A DNA stretch of 64,000 bases from Ophelia neglecta (Eukaryota): assembly GCA_965285935.1 (NCBI GenBank), contig OZ260664.1:19096001-19160000 (forward strand). The letters are read 5' to 3'. A program made the translations under genes and the position numbers. Of this stretch, positions 42,101-52,681 are shown in pieces. The notes under the pieces are model-generated. The model did not search any database, was not told the origin of the DNA, and saw only the letters and a program-made list of their open reading frames with translations. Position 1 is the stretch's first letter. Every line of letters starts with the position of its first letter.

Positions 42101-42723
42101 AACTCATTACTTGGTGTGACAGATCTGTGACTATTTGAATGTCAATGCTATTCAGACACCCCTACCCCAGGGGTGAAAGGGTTAAAGACCATATTGTAGG
42201 AACTGAAAGCAGAAATATCTCTTGACATTCAGCCCACCATGTGACAGCCTGGCCAAGTGGAATAAAAGAACACCTTTCTGATTCTAATTAAATTTGTGGC
42301 CTCATCAAATTTACTTCTATCAAAACACCTTTTTTGGGACCCCTTAAATATATTTGACAGTTGCCACTTCAATGGTATATACACAAAGACACAAAAATAA
42401 TTGTCAGACACAAATATGTCAATTCTTCGTATCAAGAAAAGAACTGAAGATTTTTCCATTATAGGGGTTAACATATGGTAGAAAATGCTTGGCTTCATTA
42501 TCTGGCAAGGTCAAGGCCACTTACCAGTAACTGGGTCAACGTTGAATCTTCCGTCTGCTCCATCTTTGATCCGGTACCGGACCTCTCCGCTCTGATCAGC
42601 ATCCGTAGCAACAACCGTCGTCAAGACATATCCAATGGCGACGTCCTCGGCCACTTGAAGGTCATATGAGGCAGGTATGAAGGTCGGCGGACTGTCGTTC
42701 TTGTCTAACAGCGTAATCTGGAC
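45..42723 (-). CDS. FAT4: Protocadherin Fat/FAT4-like giant cadherin, partial spliced CDS (17 exons, ~7187 nt; 19 cadherin repeats, 4 EGF, start of LamG1); gene extends beyond both window ends
   Basis: Exons join with matching phases into one open frame. Repeated LDRE/LDYE, DxD and DxNDN cadherin motifs, then EGF x4 and LamG. Segments such as YSIVSHWGKDKFSLHPHTGIFTLVGSLDYEQ-IHHYIL and the atypical linkers (EINYYSP, SVNEFLP, ATSPK) resemble Drosophila Fat/vertebrate FAT4 as I recall them; orthology is from recognition, not a search. Confidence 0.92.
441..1103 (-). CDS. FAT4: Fat4 exon (VCLCPDGVTGQQCE...ERTGK), 663 nt; end of EGF1, EGF2-4 and N-terminal LamG1
   Basis: EGF cysteine patterns incl. 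Ca-binding DVNEC; LamG motif VDDGLWRH; phase 0->0. Confidence 0.96.
1464..1701 (-). CDS. FAT4: Fat4 exon (RYYLAP...YNPCRGSPCLNGATC...KLAQ), 238 nt; first half of EGF1
   Basis: CxxxPCxNGxxC motif; phase 2->0. Confidence 0.93.
1974..2978 (-). CDS. FAT4: Fat4 exon (RFTYTILEGNDQ...IHYSQ), 1005 nt; last cadherin repeats and post-cadherin region
   Basis: ORF 1970..3034; DINDNGP, DDNDNPS motifs; phase 2->2. Confidence 0.96.
3191..3272. mobile_element. Tiny TTAA-bounded inverted-repeat element (piggyBac-like MITE remnant)
   Basis: Left CTAACCCTTTCAGTGCC, right GGCACCAAAGTGTTAA (imperfect TIR). Confidence 0.4.
3325..4359 (-). CDS. FAT4: Fat4 exon (RASAAEDKAIG...QPADNR), 1035 nt, ends at a GC donor
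   Basis: ORF 3132..4388; only AG|GCAAGT gives the phase 2 needed by the next exon. Confidence 0.93.
4726..4903 (-). CDS. FAT4: Fat4 exon (GWLILVRAPSDG...VSEINYYSPVFQGSQASF), 178 nt; not in ORF track
   Basis: Manual translation gives the second half of a cadherin repeat (VTASDKG); phase 1->2 matches neighbours. Confidence 0.92.
5247..6114 (-). CDS. FAT4: Fat4 exon (GSPKNTATATVDISVLDKNDHPP...INPVS), 868 nt
   Basis: ORF 5206..6156; TTTCAG acceptor, GTAAG donor; phase 0->1. Confidence 0.96.
6400..7023 (-). CDS. FAT4: Fat4 exon (GQNPLSDEVSVEISF...AVDH), 624 nt
   Basis: Extends ORF 6367..6882 upstream to a TAG acceptor; GTGAGT donor; phase 0->0. Confidence 0.95.
7256..7446 (-). CDS. FAT4: Fat4 exon (GWFVLGVTALDKDEG...RATDQ), 191 nt
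   Basis: DxD motif; AG/GT boundaries, phase 1->0. Confidence 0.94.
7780..7956. mobile_element. MITE family A, copy 1 (Tc1/mariner-type ends)
   Basis: Perfect TIR CAGTGAAACCTG/CAGGTTTCACTG, TA on both sides, 177 bp, internal AGACCAC repeats; homologous copies at 61164 and 63363. Confidence 0.88.
7982..8232 (-). CDS. FAT4: Fat4 exon (RYSLVSDGVGQF...NPTPS), 251 nt
   Basis: LDRE, DANDNNP motifs; phase 2->1. Confidence 0.95.
9581..9761 (-). CDS. FAT4: Fat4 exon (GAPRLTGSGTVKILVGDINDNPP...AEI), 181 nt
   Basis: DINDNPP motif; continues HDS-G across the 15.7-kb intron, phase 1->2. Confidence 0.94.
10081..11760. repeat. 40-bp minisatellite, 42 units (ACCTCCCCAGCTCCTCACATAGCCCAGGGAGCCCTGAGAT)
   Basis: Direct tandem repetition in constant 40-nt register. 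Confidence 0.99.
12125..12207. repeat. Inverted repeat/hairpin, 27-bp arms (24/27 complementary)
   Basis: GCCCCTTGAAGTGGACCCTCCTCTCCA ... TGGAGAGGAGCATCTACTTCAAGGGGC. Confidence 0.9.
12751..12971. mobile_element. Degenerate GC-rich non-autonomous DNA element with internal fold-back
   Basis: Weak TIR ACTGGCAGAGCTAG/CTGGATCCATCAGT, internal inverted arms 12811-12882, GGGCTAAAGCCCCC motif. Confidence 0.4.
14606..14881. mobile_element. Degenerate GC-rich non-autonomous DNA element, related to 12751-12971
   Basis: Starts AAGGGCTGAGCTAG, ends CCCCTAAAACCGCCAC; inverted arms TGGATGTTGCCTCCCAGAG (14649) / CTTTGTGAGGGGACATCCA (to 14790). Confidence 0.4.
15506..15818. repeat. 36-bp minisatellite, ~8-9 units (CTTGGGTAGTCCCAGGGTTAGTTTACTTGCCCCAGT)
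   Basis: Direct tandem repeats, homogeneous centre, decayed edges; source of the spurious 12-aa repeat ORFs. Confidence 0.95.
18770..18882. repeat. Long inverted repeat/hairpin (28-bp outer arms with 1 mismatch plus inner pairing)
   Basis: AGGGTGTGGGATGGGTGTCTTGTACCAG ... CTGGTACAAAACACCCATCCCACACCCT. Confidence 0.92.
25090..25218. repeat. 33-bp minisatellite, ~4 units (ACTGGGTYAGATGTATTGTGGTAACATAACTGG)
   Basis: Direct tandem repeats. Confidence 0.93.
25426..26335 (-). CDS. FAT4: Fat4 exon (VSVLLKDANDNAP...IAHDS), 910 nt, ~3 cadherin repeats
   Basis: ORF 25382..26356; CAG acceptor, GTGAGT donor, phase 0->1. Confidence 0.96.
26552..26742 (-). CDS. FAT4: Fat4 exon (GVNGDVVYSIIGG...LSSTAL), 191 nt
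   Basis: LDRE motif; AG/GT boundaries, phase 1->0. Confidence 0.94.
28360..28552. other. Assembly gap (193 N) next to a GA-rich low-complexity tract (28180-28350)
   Basis: Run of N. Confidence 0.99.
31853..32054 (-). CDS. FAT4: Fat4 exon (IHHYILSVKAQDSG...DMDS), 202 nt
   Basis: DENDNAP motif; AG/GT boundaries, phase 0->1. Confidence 0.95.
32552..32797 (-). CDS. FAT4: Fat4 exon (VNIEITDVNDERPEF...LDYEQ), 246 nt
   Basis: DxND and LDYE motifs; AG/GT boundaries, phase 0->0. Confidence 0.95.
33183..33280 (-). CDS. FAT4: Fat4 exon (GDLTVAKTLDRETKSHY...SEAQ), 98 nt, phase 1->0
   Basis: LDRE motif; AG/GT boundaries; phase matches both neighbours. Confidence 0.93.
35472..35633. mobile_element. MITE family B (Tc1/mariner-type ends), 162 bp
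   Basis: 24-bp TIR CAGTAGTCCCTGCGATGTAGGGAC vs rc CAGTGGTCCCTGGGATGAAGGGAC (3 mismatches), TA on both sides, internal GGGAC/GTCCC repeats. Confidence 0.85.
42525..42723 (-). CDS. FAT4: Fat4 exon (VQITLLDKNDSPPTF...FNVDPVT), 199 nt, phase 0->1; not in ORF track
   Basis: Manual translation gives a cadherin linker plus repeat start; AG acceptor at 42724-25, GTAAGT donor at 42519-24. Confidence 0.92.
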
Positions 42724-45150
42724 CTAAAACAACATGAACAAACTTCTAGTACAAGGAGCTTAATTTCCCTTTATCAATATTATTAGCAGATGATTTAATC
42801 AGAGCTAAACTGAGCTAGCTATCCATCAAAAAGACATTTATGAAATAGATATTGAAATATCAGACTTTCGGTGTTGGTGCTGTTATCAATAATTTTGCTT
42901 ATGATCACAATGGGTAAAAAGTCAAGGAAGAAGAAATAACCTTTTCAGATAAGAAAACAACCTTCACTGATCTTTCTTTGAGAGTTGTGGAATGGATTTC
43001 AGTTAAAAGATTGTGCTACACTTGTTAATATGGACGTAGTTTTTAAGCTTGATATTTGACACTCTCCGACTAGCATTATGTGTATGTAATTATTATCAAC
43101 TTTTAATACATTTTCTTACTTCCTGGTTTCATAAATGTTGGCGTTTGCTAATTAATTCATAGCTAATTACATGCTATTCTCCCCAGACCAGTAGTGCATA
43201 TCAAGTTATTGCACACTACATGTTAAAAGAGTTTATATTCAAGATAAACAGCTGCAATTCTTCTCTTCTTTATATACATGAACAGAAAGGGCCTATTCAC
43301 AGATTTCACAGAATTAAGAGTAAGAAAACATCTTTTGACATCTCTATAGAGATATCAGAAATACTTTAAAAATGTAACCAACATTCAGTCATAATGCCAA
43401 ATTACCTGTCATAATAATTTGTCATTTGATGTTTAACCACATTTTCACCTTTTTTTTGGTAAACCTTATTCTTAAAACTAAACATCATTTTGCAATCCAC
43501 CGTAATTAACTTGTGCCTGCGTTTAATTAAAAATGTATTTTTTTGAAAACAAGTTTTTCACTTTTCACCTATCAAATTACGACACACACAAAGAAAAGAT
43601 TACAAAAAGTACACTGGAATGCTGTGGTATAGTTTGAAAACAGAAGATATTATTTCTAAAACAAATTTAGCTATATCTTTGTAGTATGTGAATTAAAAAA
43701 AACATCCTTGTGTACTTCAAACAGCACATTTGCGGAGGAGACCTAACAAAATTGACGAAAAAAAATAGCCCTATCTTCATGTATTTACATAACAGTTTAA
43801 GCAGGTCTAGTTTCAAAATTCTCAACAAAAACCACATATTAACCACTTGAGTACAATTACAATGGAATTCAGTTCTAGCATCAAGCACAAAACTTCCTTT
43901 AAAGTGCTGAAACCTTTATTGCGAGAAGACAACATGCCGCCTAATATTGGCTAATATCGCCGGCTACACAAATCAACATCAAGGAGCTAGCGGCCGTACT
44001 CGTAAACAAATCCGCACCAATTACAGCTCACTTTAGGCAGATTGTACACTATCTGCCTCTAAAGCTTTAGTAACAAATACAATACTTCATCTGAGAAGTT
44101 TTAGGCTCAATTCATGGGAATGTTGAAATATAAAGTCAGCAATGGGGATTTATACATTGTTTTGCAGAATTTCATACTAGATTCAACATGATCTGCCAAA
44201 TGGTGTAAAACTATCTGCTTTTCAACACATCATGCTTGTAATGACTAGGGTTCAGGGGTTAATCTGTATAGGAAGTGCGATTGTACAGATGTCTTTAAAA
44301 AAAGCAGAAACCCGAAAATGCTACAATGGCAGACTGAAAAATGTCCGCAACTATTGATAGTGAAGTTGTAGCAAAAGCTAATATTATCCTTGGCTAAATG
44401 TTGTACCAGAGTCCCAGCAGGGGATATTTACTCAATCTGTCCAGTGAGTTCACACCTGAGACGTGAGCAGGCTGATTGAGTAGCCAATGTACTCAAACAC
44501 TGAGCAAACCCCAATTACCGACTACACCACAGCAGTGCTCAATTTGGCTTGGACCTCAGGCTGGGAGGTATTACCTGCCAACTCCTGCATTCAGCTTCCA
44601 CAGCTCAATTAAACAACACACGCCCTGCCTTTTATATTCAAACACAAACCACACCTGCAAAATTCCCCATCGATTTTTCATATATTCCTACGATGCAAGC
44701 TATAGATCTACACCAGCAAGGGGCATTGCTTGAAGTAACAGAAAAGTGGCCTGGCCTCTTCGGAATTTCCACCGGGATGGACCAGTCCAGATTAGCCAAT
44801 AAATACAAAGGAGAAGATAGGTTTGTGAAACTTGGGTGGGAAAATCCTCTCTATTACGCGAAAAAAGTCTGTTCCCAGTGGAAAATTATAGTGTTGAAAA
44901 ATAGAAACACTACTAAGGGGGACCTTATCAGTGTAAACGTGAGGGGTGAGCAGGCGATGTTATTCTTGGGAAGTTAATCAAAGCAATATTTCACTTGGCC
45001 CGGATTTATCTTGTTCTATGAGGACTCAAATAACACGGAGGTATCTGATGGAGGGCCAGATCCATGCACGGAGTAATGCAGTGGGGGCAGGGTTCAGCTA
45101 TCCTAGGGGCAGCTTCTTCAGCAGGGGTACCTTTGGTCCTACCACCCTGA

Positions 45151-45437
45151 CCCCTCTACATCTACCTCTGTGGTATAAGCCCAGCCCCTCCTCAACCCCC
45201 ACTATATCTTCCCCATTGGTATTAGCCCAGCCCCCCCCCCCCCCTACATCTACCTCTGTGGTATAAGCCCAGCCCCCCTCTACATCTACCTCTGCGGTTT
45301 AAGCCCAGCCCCATCCCCCCACCCCCTCTACATCTACCTCTGTGGTATAAGCCCAGCCCCTCCTCAACCCCCACTATATCTTCCCGATTGGTATTAGCCC
45401 CCCCCCCTCTACTTCTACCTCCGTGGTATTAGCCCAG
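45151..45437. repeat. Composite C-rich tandem repeat (CTCTACATCTACCTCTGTGGTATAAGCCCAGCCCC plus variant unit)
   Basis: About 7 related units in A-B-A-A-A-B-A order. Confidence 0.88.
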
Positions 45438-46208
45438 GTGTGAGTTGTCAGTGACTTAAGAACACACTGCTCTCTAAACATTGCCTGAAGAAACCGCTTG
45501 TCATCATCTACATCCAAAATATCATGATAGCACATGAAATCATGCATTGCAAATAATGTGAAAACTATTCACATACTTCAGATACACAACTGAGTGAGTT
45601 GTAATGGTGGAAAGCGAAAAAAAACTACGGCAAGGTTGATCCCGCTGGGCAGAACAAAACAGTGAAATCTCCCTTTCATCCGGAATGGTCTGAGAAGAGA
45701 ACACTTCACCGACGGCAGACAACCTGCCAAGTTCTAATTCTCCATGCTTTTTGAACGCACAGTGTAACTTGTTTTTACTTTTTTTATAATTTATTCTTAT
45801 AATAAAGATAAAAGCTCTGTTATACAAAGGAAATCTGGAGGAATTTACAACTAAAACATAGTTTCACCCATGTTAACATCTATGAATTGTTGATTCAAAT
45901 AAATGACTATGGTTGATCATAAAAAAAAATAAACCTACACATGTATATGTCATTCTCCTAAAGCGCTAATCATAAGAAGCTGAAATTAATTAATCATTGT
46001 CAATTATCACTTTTATAGACAATCAGGTGAGTTAGTGTTTTTGGGCAGGGACCTGGGATATATCAGTCTTGGATTGAGTATCAATAAACCATCATAATAA
46101 GACTGTGGGCCCCTTTAAGAATGATTCTTTACCAGAAGGGTCCTGTAGCAGAAAAGTTCTATACGGATTCTGGAATCGGTTTAAGACTTATCTTTGATTT
46201 TAGTGCTT

Positions 46209-46359
46209 AATCGGTCTTAACTTGCTACTCTGGGTTTCTGGAGGCTGGATTTAGTATTAATCCTTGGAACATGGTCTCGGCTAATCGGTAACAAGCTAAT
46301 CTAATCCCTAATCTTAATACAGCTTCTAGAAACCAGCCCCAGAAGAGTTAGATCTGATT
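46209..46359. mobile_element. Degenerate fold-back / MITE remnant
   Basis: TGGGTTTCTGGAGGCTG vs CAGCTTCTAGAAACCA inverted arms, with weaker outer arms. Confidence 0.45.
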
Positions 46360-49300
46360 TTGCAGAGAACGAGTTAATCCACTCTAAATCCACAGTGGAC
46401 ATCATTAATCCGAGAACGGCCATCAGACTCCCACTAATAGTTCTGAGTTTCTCTGATAAACAAATTCCAGGTGAACAGGGCCAATCGTACAGGTGAAACA
46501 CCCCGGGGGTCCAGCCAAATCAAGTATCAACTCTGATCATTCAGGGAGCTGTCCATTGGGACTCGAGATGAATGGGGCAGTGGAGATCTAGATAGTTCTA
46601 GTTCTCAGGTTTGATAATCAACATTACCAGTTTAGACAGCTGACCAGGTGAGACTTTGTACATTTCAGATTGAAGTTTGCTCAGTGTTCGATGACCGGTA
46701 TCATATTCATCTATGTACTTGTTAAACCGAGCTCAAAGTGGCAAGTTTTTTTGGTAACAAAACGCTTGCAGGTGTACACTTCACCCATTGTGAACTTGAG
46801 ATCTGTTTTCAATTTATCACTATCACATTTCCTCGGCCTGCGACATCACTCAGTAGACTGCCGCAGACTGGAGTCGCAGAATAAACATTTCAGACTTGTG
46901 AGAGGACGAACTGAGTGAGGAATGAGGGGCAATGTGGGCCCAATTTACCAGTCACATTCACCGGAGTCGGGAAATAAATCAACGCAGAGTGAAACACAAC
47001 AGAACTCAAAGAAAGCCTTAAGATCATATCTAATGACAAATCTAGGCCAATTCTGCTCCTAAGTTTCCACACCCAAATTCTAGTTTATTGCATTTTCCTT
47101 GGATTTCTAAGACTAAGTGGTGTCTCTTAGCCAGAAATACACCACATAGGCCTACTTATCACTTACTGGATGAAATTGTATAGTTCCCGGGGATGACGGC
47201 TTCATCAAAGCTGGTCAGATAGTCACAAGACTCAAATTGCTGGGATTTCTGTGCATGAGTGGTTGTCAGTAATGCAGTAATTGTGAGCCTACGGTGAGTT
47301 TTAGAGGTTACAGGCGGACTGTCCATTTGATAGGCATATATCTGTATGTGTGAGATTCTCAACAGATGCCAACCTGGTCATCACAGTCATTACACTGTAC
47401 ATCAGCAAAAGTCTGAGGCAGGAAAACCTCACTATTTCAAGATTCACTTTGATTCAGACCAGAAAAATTGCTGATTAGAATGAAATGACCTTCTCTATTA
47501 TTATTTTGTGCAGGAAATAGTCATGTTTTTCCTGAAGTCGCAAAAATACGGGAACATAATGGACTTCCAAATGATTCCAGATTTCTCCTGCCCCCCAAGG
47601 TCCAGCTCCCTCAGATAATCTGCCACGCTCATTACCTGCTTAATCAAGCTAGAAATCAAATGCACACATGTGCCTACAGGTAAATACTGTGTCTGGCTGG
47701 CATAAACATCATGGTATAAATACAGGGTAAGTGAAAATAAACAGCCTAACACCCATTAGAAATAATACACACACTGTATGTACACTGGAGTATCGAGGGT
47801 TTAGGGGAATAAAAAAAGGATGGTTGGCGGGGTGGAGGTGGTGGTCTGGACCATTGTCTTAAGGGGGGGGGGGGTAATGACCCCCTCTGTCTTTAGAGGG
47901 GAAGGGGCTCCTGACCCCTGTGTCTCTAGGAGGAGGATGGGGGTAGTCCTGACCCCTGTTCCCCTCTCTAGATCCTCAACACTTTAGAGATTGTATAAAA
48001 AGCTGTATAACAGACCATCACCTCACAGTGCTTCATACATACCATCATCTGTGACATCATATTTATAGACTGGCATGCATACATAGGTTAACATAGGAGA
48101 AAATAAACCTTTTAGTTAAGACAAAAAGAAGTGCATGAGGCAGAAATAATGGGTAGGTTGGTCAATAACAAATAGATAATGGTGGGAAAGAAGTGCCTTG
48201 CATGCTATTAAAGCTCAATAATATATTAGGTAGGCATCACTGACCATTAGGAGCCCATGTAACTGGCTCAGGTCTCATCTATTTACCTCCATACATCACC
48301 CGAGCCCTCAATAAATCGTTATTTACAGACGACAAATGGCCGACAAAGAAGGAATGGCCATCATGTTATTAGTTGGTATGGATCTGTAAATGGATGAATA
48401 AAGGTGTCACCCGATTTCCATCATAGAATCCTGGGGTTTTATGTGAATCAATAATTGGCAATAGATAAGAAATTATCACATAACTCATCTTTTGTAATTC
48501 CAGGGCTGACAACATTCACCGCTATCGCTAAATTCACAGCTATTGGTAAATTCGCCGCTATCGGCTGGAAATTCAACCATATATCATTAAACCATTGATG
48601 CATGATATAAATATAAATCAAGCTTAGCGTCTTAAATGGACTTCGGGGTTTCTTTGGTTAACTGGTTAGGTGAATCAGTTTAAATATTCCAATATCACAT
48701 CATGTTAAAACAAACTGTTATTACTCACAACATATTTCTGTTCTTTGAAGTCTGAGATCTTGACAGACGGACCAATAACAGAGATATCATAGACATCTGG
48801 ACAGAAGAACACTGATTTCTGTCTGTGAACTCATGAGTTATGGATTTCATTGGAAGTTTTCAAGCTTTGAAGGAGATAACAAAACTCATCCCTTGTGGCT
48901 AGCCTTGTCTCAATATACACTGTGATTAATAGTGGAGCTGTCAATGTCGGCTAGAGGGCTCTTAGGATATTTTTTCAGGGGTTCCCGATGACAGTTGAAG
49001 GAATTATGGTGCAGCACCTGACATACTTTTGAAACTGGCCTGTAAGACACAGCCAAGACACAAGCAGATACACACACAGCGCTTATCTCCACAGAAAGAT
49101 GTGAGGAAACAAAACTGAAGGCACATAGGTGCAAGCTAGTCTCAAATAAACTTTAATTTTGTCATCTAAATAATGTTTTTTCAGTGAATCTATTAAAGCA
49201 AATGTATATGTATCCTGAGATAAAAGGCCAAAAGACGGTTCTAGCTGCAGATCAAGTAGATATGATTCAAAAGAGAGGCCTAACTATAGATACAACTAAG

Positions 49301-52300
49301 AAAAAGAAGATGGTACCCCATGCAGATCTAGATAATATATGGACTCTTATGACAGTGCGCTTGATACACATATAATATCTATTGTATGTTATTTCTAAGG
49401 CGTTCAAGCGTTGTCCAGGTCAGGTCTAATTGACAAGTCTCATAGATCATGTAAAATGACTGCCCGTTTGATAGGCTAAATACACACACTGCACAAAAAC
49501 TTCAAATAATACATCTGTCATGATCGGACACTTCCAGCATAAATTTCGTTCAATGTAACTATCCCTGAGAATATCTCAGGACCTGTGTAAGCATTCCTTT
49601 CCCTGTAACATTGTATAGACTTGAAGCAATCAAGACTTTCCTTTCACCCGTCACACAACTAGTCTTTAATAGCTGGTTTCAACAGACACCTTCTTTGCAA
49701 AAGCAAGTCTGAAGTACAAGAAAAAGCATAATTTAGAGTGAGATACCGCTGTGCTCTTTTCCAAGCTCCGTTGCATTTGAAAACACCAAGCGACCATTGC
49801 CTAGTTTGTGATTTCTCCATCATGGACATGTCCAACCCAGGCATGTAGTGAATAAAATGCACCCCAGGAAGATATTGAATGGGGTCTCACAAAGGAGAGA
49901 GGTTTGGGGTGAATGTGAAGAATACTGTGAATGGAAATTTAGAGAGTGAATATATAATGTGCTTCACACACAGGATGGGTGTAGGCTTAGCTAGTTTAAT
50001 AAAGGTAGTATTTTAATTTGCACAATATAATAACTGAACCTACACCACAAAAGTGAGAGCTCAATAAACTTGTGGACTATAATCAGATTAGTGGGGGACC
50101 CCATAGGCACATACATACAACTATACATTGATCTAAAATATGTTTATATCCTTTTAATCACTTGTTATTATAGTTCTCAATTCTGGTTGCATTCCTCAAT
50201 TAGAAATTGGCACAAGTCCTGGAGACTATGCTAAGTAGTGTAGAGGTTAAATTCAAAGTAAATTCCGTAACACATGTAGGTGCCTAAACCAAAACTTGAC
50301 AAGTTATGCCTATTTATGGCCAACATTTTTTGAACATATCGCCGTTGTGGAGGTCTCTGTTTGCATGGCCTTGTTCAGATTTGTACAATAAACTTTGTTT
50401 TACACTACAAACCAAATAGTGTGTAAACTATAATGCTAACAAATCTCTTTATGGACATAACTTAAGGTCTAACCTACCCTAGGAGGCAGTGGAGGCTAGC
50501 AAAACATGGAAATAAATCACTGCTTGTATTAATAAACAACGCTTGGGTGTTTTTTTTGGTTCTTTCCGATGGTTTAGTTTAGTCAGAGAAGCATTGTATT
50601 TTGTAAAGTATTGTGCCAAGATTTGATCAGTTCTTACATATGGACTTTATGTGTTAAGATGGTATCATTAAACTTAAACATTTTGAGCTCCAATATATCT
50701 TTCATTTCTAATGGTAGCAATTGTTTTTTGTTCAGATTCCATCACTTTTTATCAAAATTAGATATTTTGTATCCTGATAGTATCGTTTATCGTATCTACG
50801 ACTTTTGACTGATACTATCATTTCTTTATTTTAACTCACAATCACCATTGTCAAACTTTTTGTACCGATATGTAATAATTTCTCAAACAAAGATATATAT
50901 GCTAAGATATTATCCATTTCATGTATTTCAACAATTGTTCTCCTGACTTTTATCGGTCCATCATTCGCTGCCAATGACAAAGAGTTATTAGGGCCTTGTT
51001 TGTAGTACAAGTTATTGTTATTAATACAATGGGGTTCCCAGCCCCGCTCGTCACAGACCATAATAATACATAGCGCTGCAAATAAACTGTAGATTTTATC
51101 TGTAGAATACAGATTGAGCATGCATCATGCATATACAAGAAAGGACCTTACAACCCACGGAATTTTTTAGGCACTCGACCTGCACGGAGGCATGTCGCAA
51201 AGGCAGACAGAGTCTCAAATTACCGCCTTGAGACACAACGCAGCAAAAACCCTATATGATAATAATCCTCGCAAATAATGTGTCTGCTTCTGTAGAACAA
51301 AGCTTTGGAAGTCTCATGTTAGTTATTTATTAAACCTCGCATGGCTTTAAAGTCACATAAATTGTTGATGGCTTTTGGCAAAGCAAAATATAAGTAACCG
51401 AACATTTATTGAATGACTCATGCTTAACCAGAAAATGTCTTTAGCTTCCAAATTATGTTGCATACAGTATTAGCTAAATTGTTGAAATGCTAATTGGACT
51501 GCTAGTATTAGTTTTAAGTAGGAAGAAACAGTTATAAAGTAACGAGATCTTATCAATTAAAATTAATAGCGGAGACAGGTTTTGAAGTTGCATCATATGT
51601 TAAAGAGATGTAAAAATCCAACCAGTAGCCTATAGAGAAGTTAAAACTTCAAATAACATCACCTCCAACGGAAATGCTTGTCATAAACGAAGATATCTTT
51701 GTACGGCTAAAAACAAAGACACCGAAAAACGAGTTTTAGAATTAATTACTGTACGGACTGCCTTGGTTGGAGGTATGGCATAGAACTGGCTTGCGTGCCC
51801 TACAGCATCAAAGGCAAGAAGTTACTAGTTACACACATAGTCAGGTAACATTTTTGGATCCAAACCACTACCTTTGAAATAAGGAGAGGCATCTCTTTTG
51901 TCCCGGCTTTCCAAGCCTGAAAAACGAATTTTTGTTCTTACCAGACTAAATGTTATCTGGCAGAGGAAATTGCAGGGATCTTCTTTGTTGAAAAGGTTTA
52001 TCTGAGCGTTCATCAACAAAATCTCTACGATTTAATGCATTCCTGTCATAGGTCAATTGTTCCTGTATTTTTATCGCTGGCTTTTCTATGCCTAACATCA
52101 ATCGGAACATGAACGAGACAAATGCCGATTGAGAAAAATACCTCCAAGATAAATACGGTAGACATTTATATATTTATACGCCGGTGCAATAATCCATGGC
52201 TGACCAACATTGACATGAAGCCTGGGACTTTTTTTTAAAGAAAATAATATTCTTAAGACCTAAATAGTTCTAATGAAACAAGCACTCCTGTAAAAATATG

Positions 52301-52602
52301 ATCAAACGGTGAAATCAAAGAGGCACATTTTGCTTAATGATACTTTCAGCAGTGTTTTTACCACACTTTGGAAAATGTCTGAACAAATTCCAGTATTCAA
52401 GAATGACTTGATATTACCACCCTGCTGAAACCTTGCATACAAACCAGACAAAAGCTGTATAATTCAGAACAAAAGCTTCATTCATTTCTCAGACTGATGG
52501 GACAAACTGATAACACATCATGTAATAAATGTGTCTGGTTTATTGTCTATTTTCCACCATATATTAGATCCACCATTCCTGAGCTGTTTGGTGCAATCTC
52601 AA

Positions 52603-52681
52603 TTAACCCATTTGCATTCTGAATTCTCTATTCACTCTAGATTCACTATACATCTGTCATACCCTGTTGTGAAAGGGTTAA
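52603..52681. mobile_element. Tiny TTAA-bounded element (piggyBac-like ends)
   Basis: TTAACCCATTTGCA ... TGTGAAAGGGTTAA. Confidence 0.45.

Noticed and set aside
44549-44977. 142-aa and other intronic ORFs (including 63554-63970) as nested genes or transposases
   Set aside because: No recognisable domain, non-ATG starts, no exon-like composition.
46342-46356. 15-nt minus-strand match to miR-750 as I recall it (CAGATCTAACTCTTC)
   Set aside because: 3' part diverges and it lies in the arm of a ~150-bp degenerate MITE-like fold-back, not a pre-miRNA hairpin.
50900-50995. Minus-strand peptide LSLAANDGPIKVRRTIVEIHEMDN resembling a cadherin repeat end
   Set aside because: AT-rich codons unlike true exons, no DxNDxxP or LDRE, no convincing splice sites, and the exon at 42723 already supplies that strand; likely chance.
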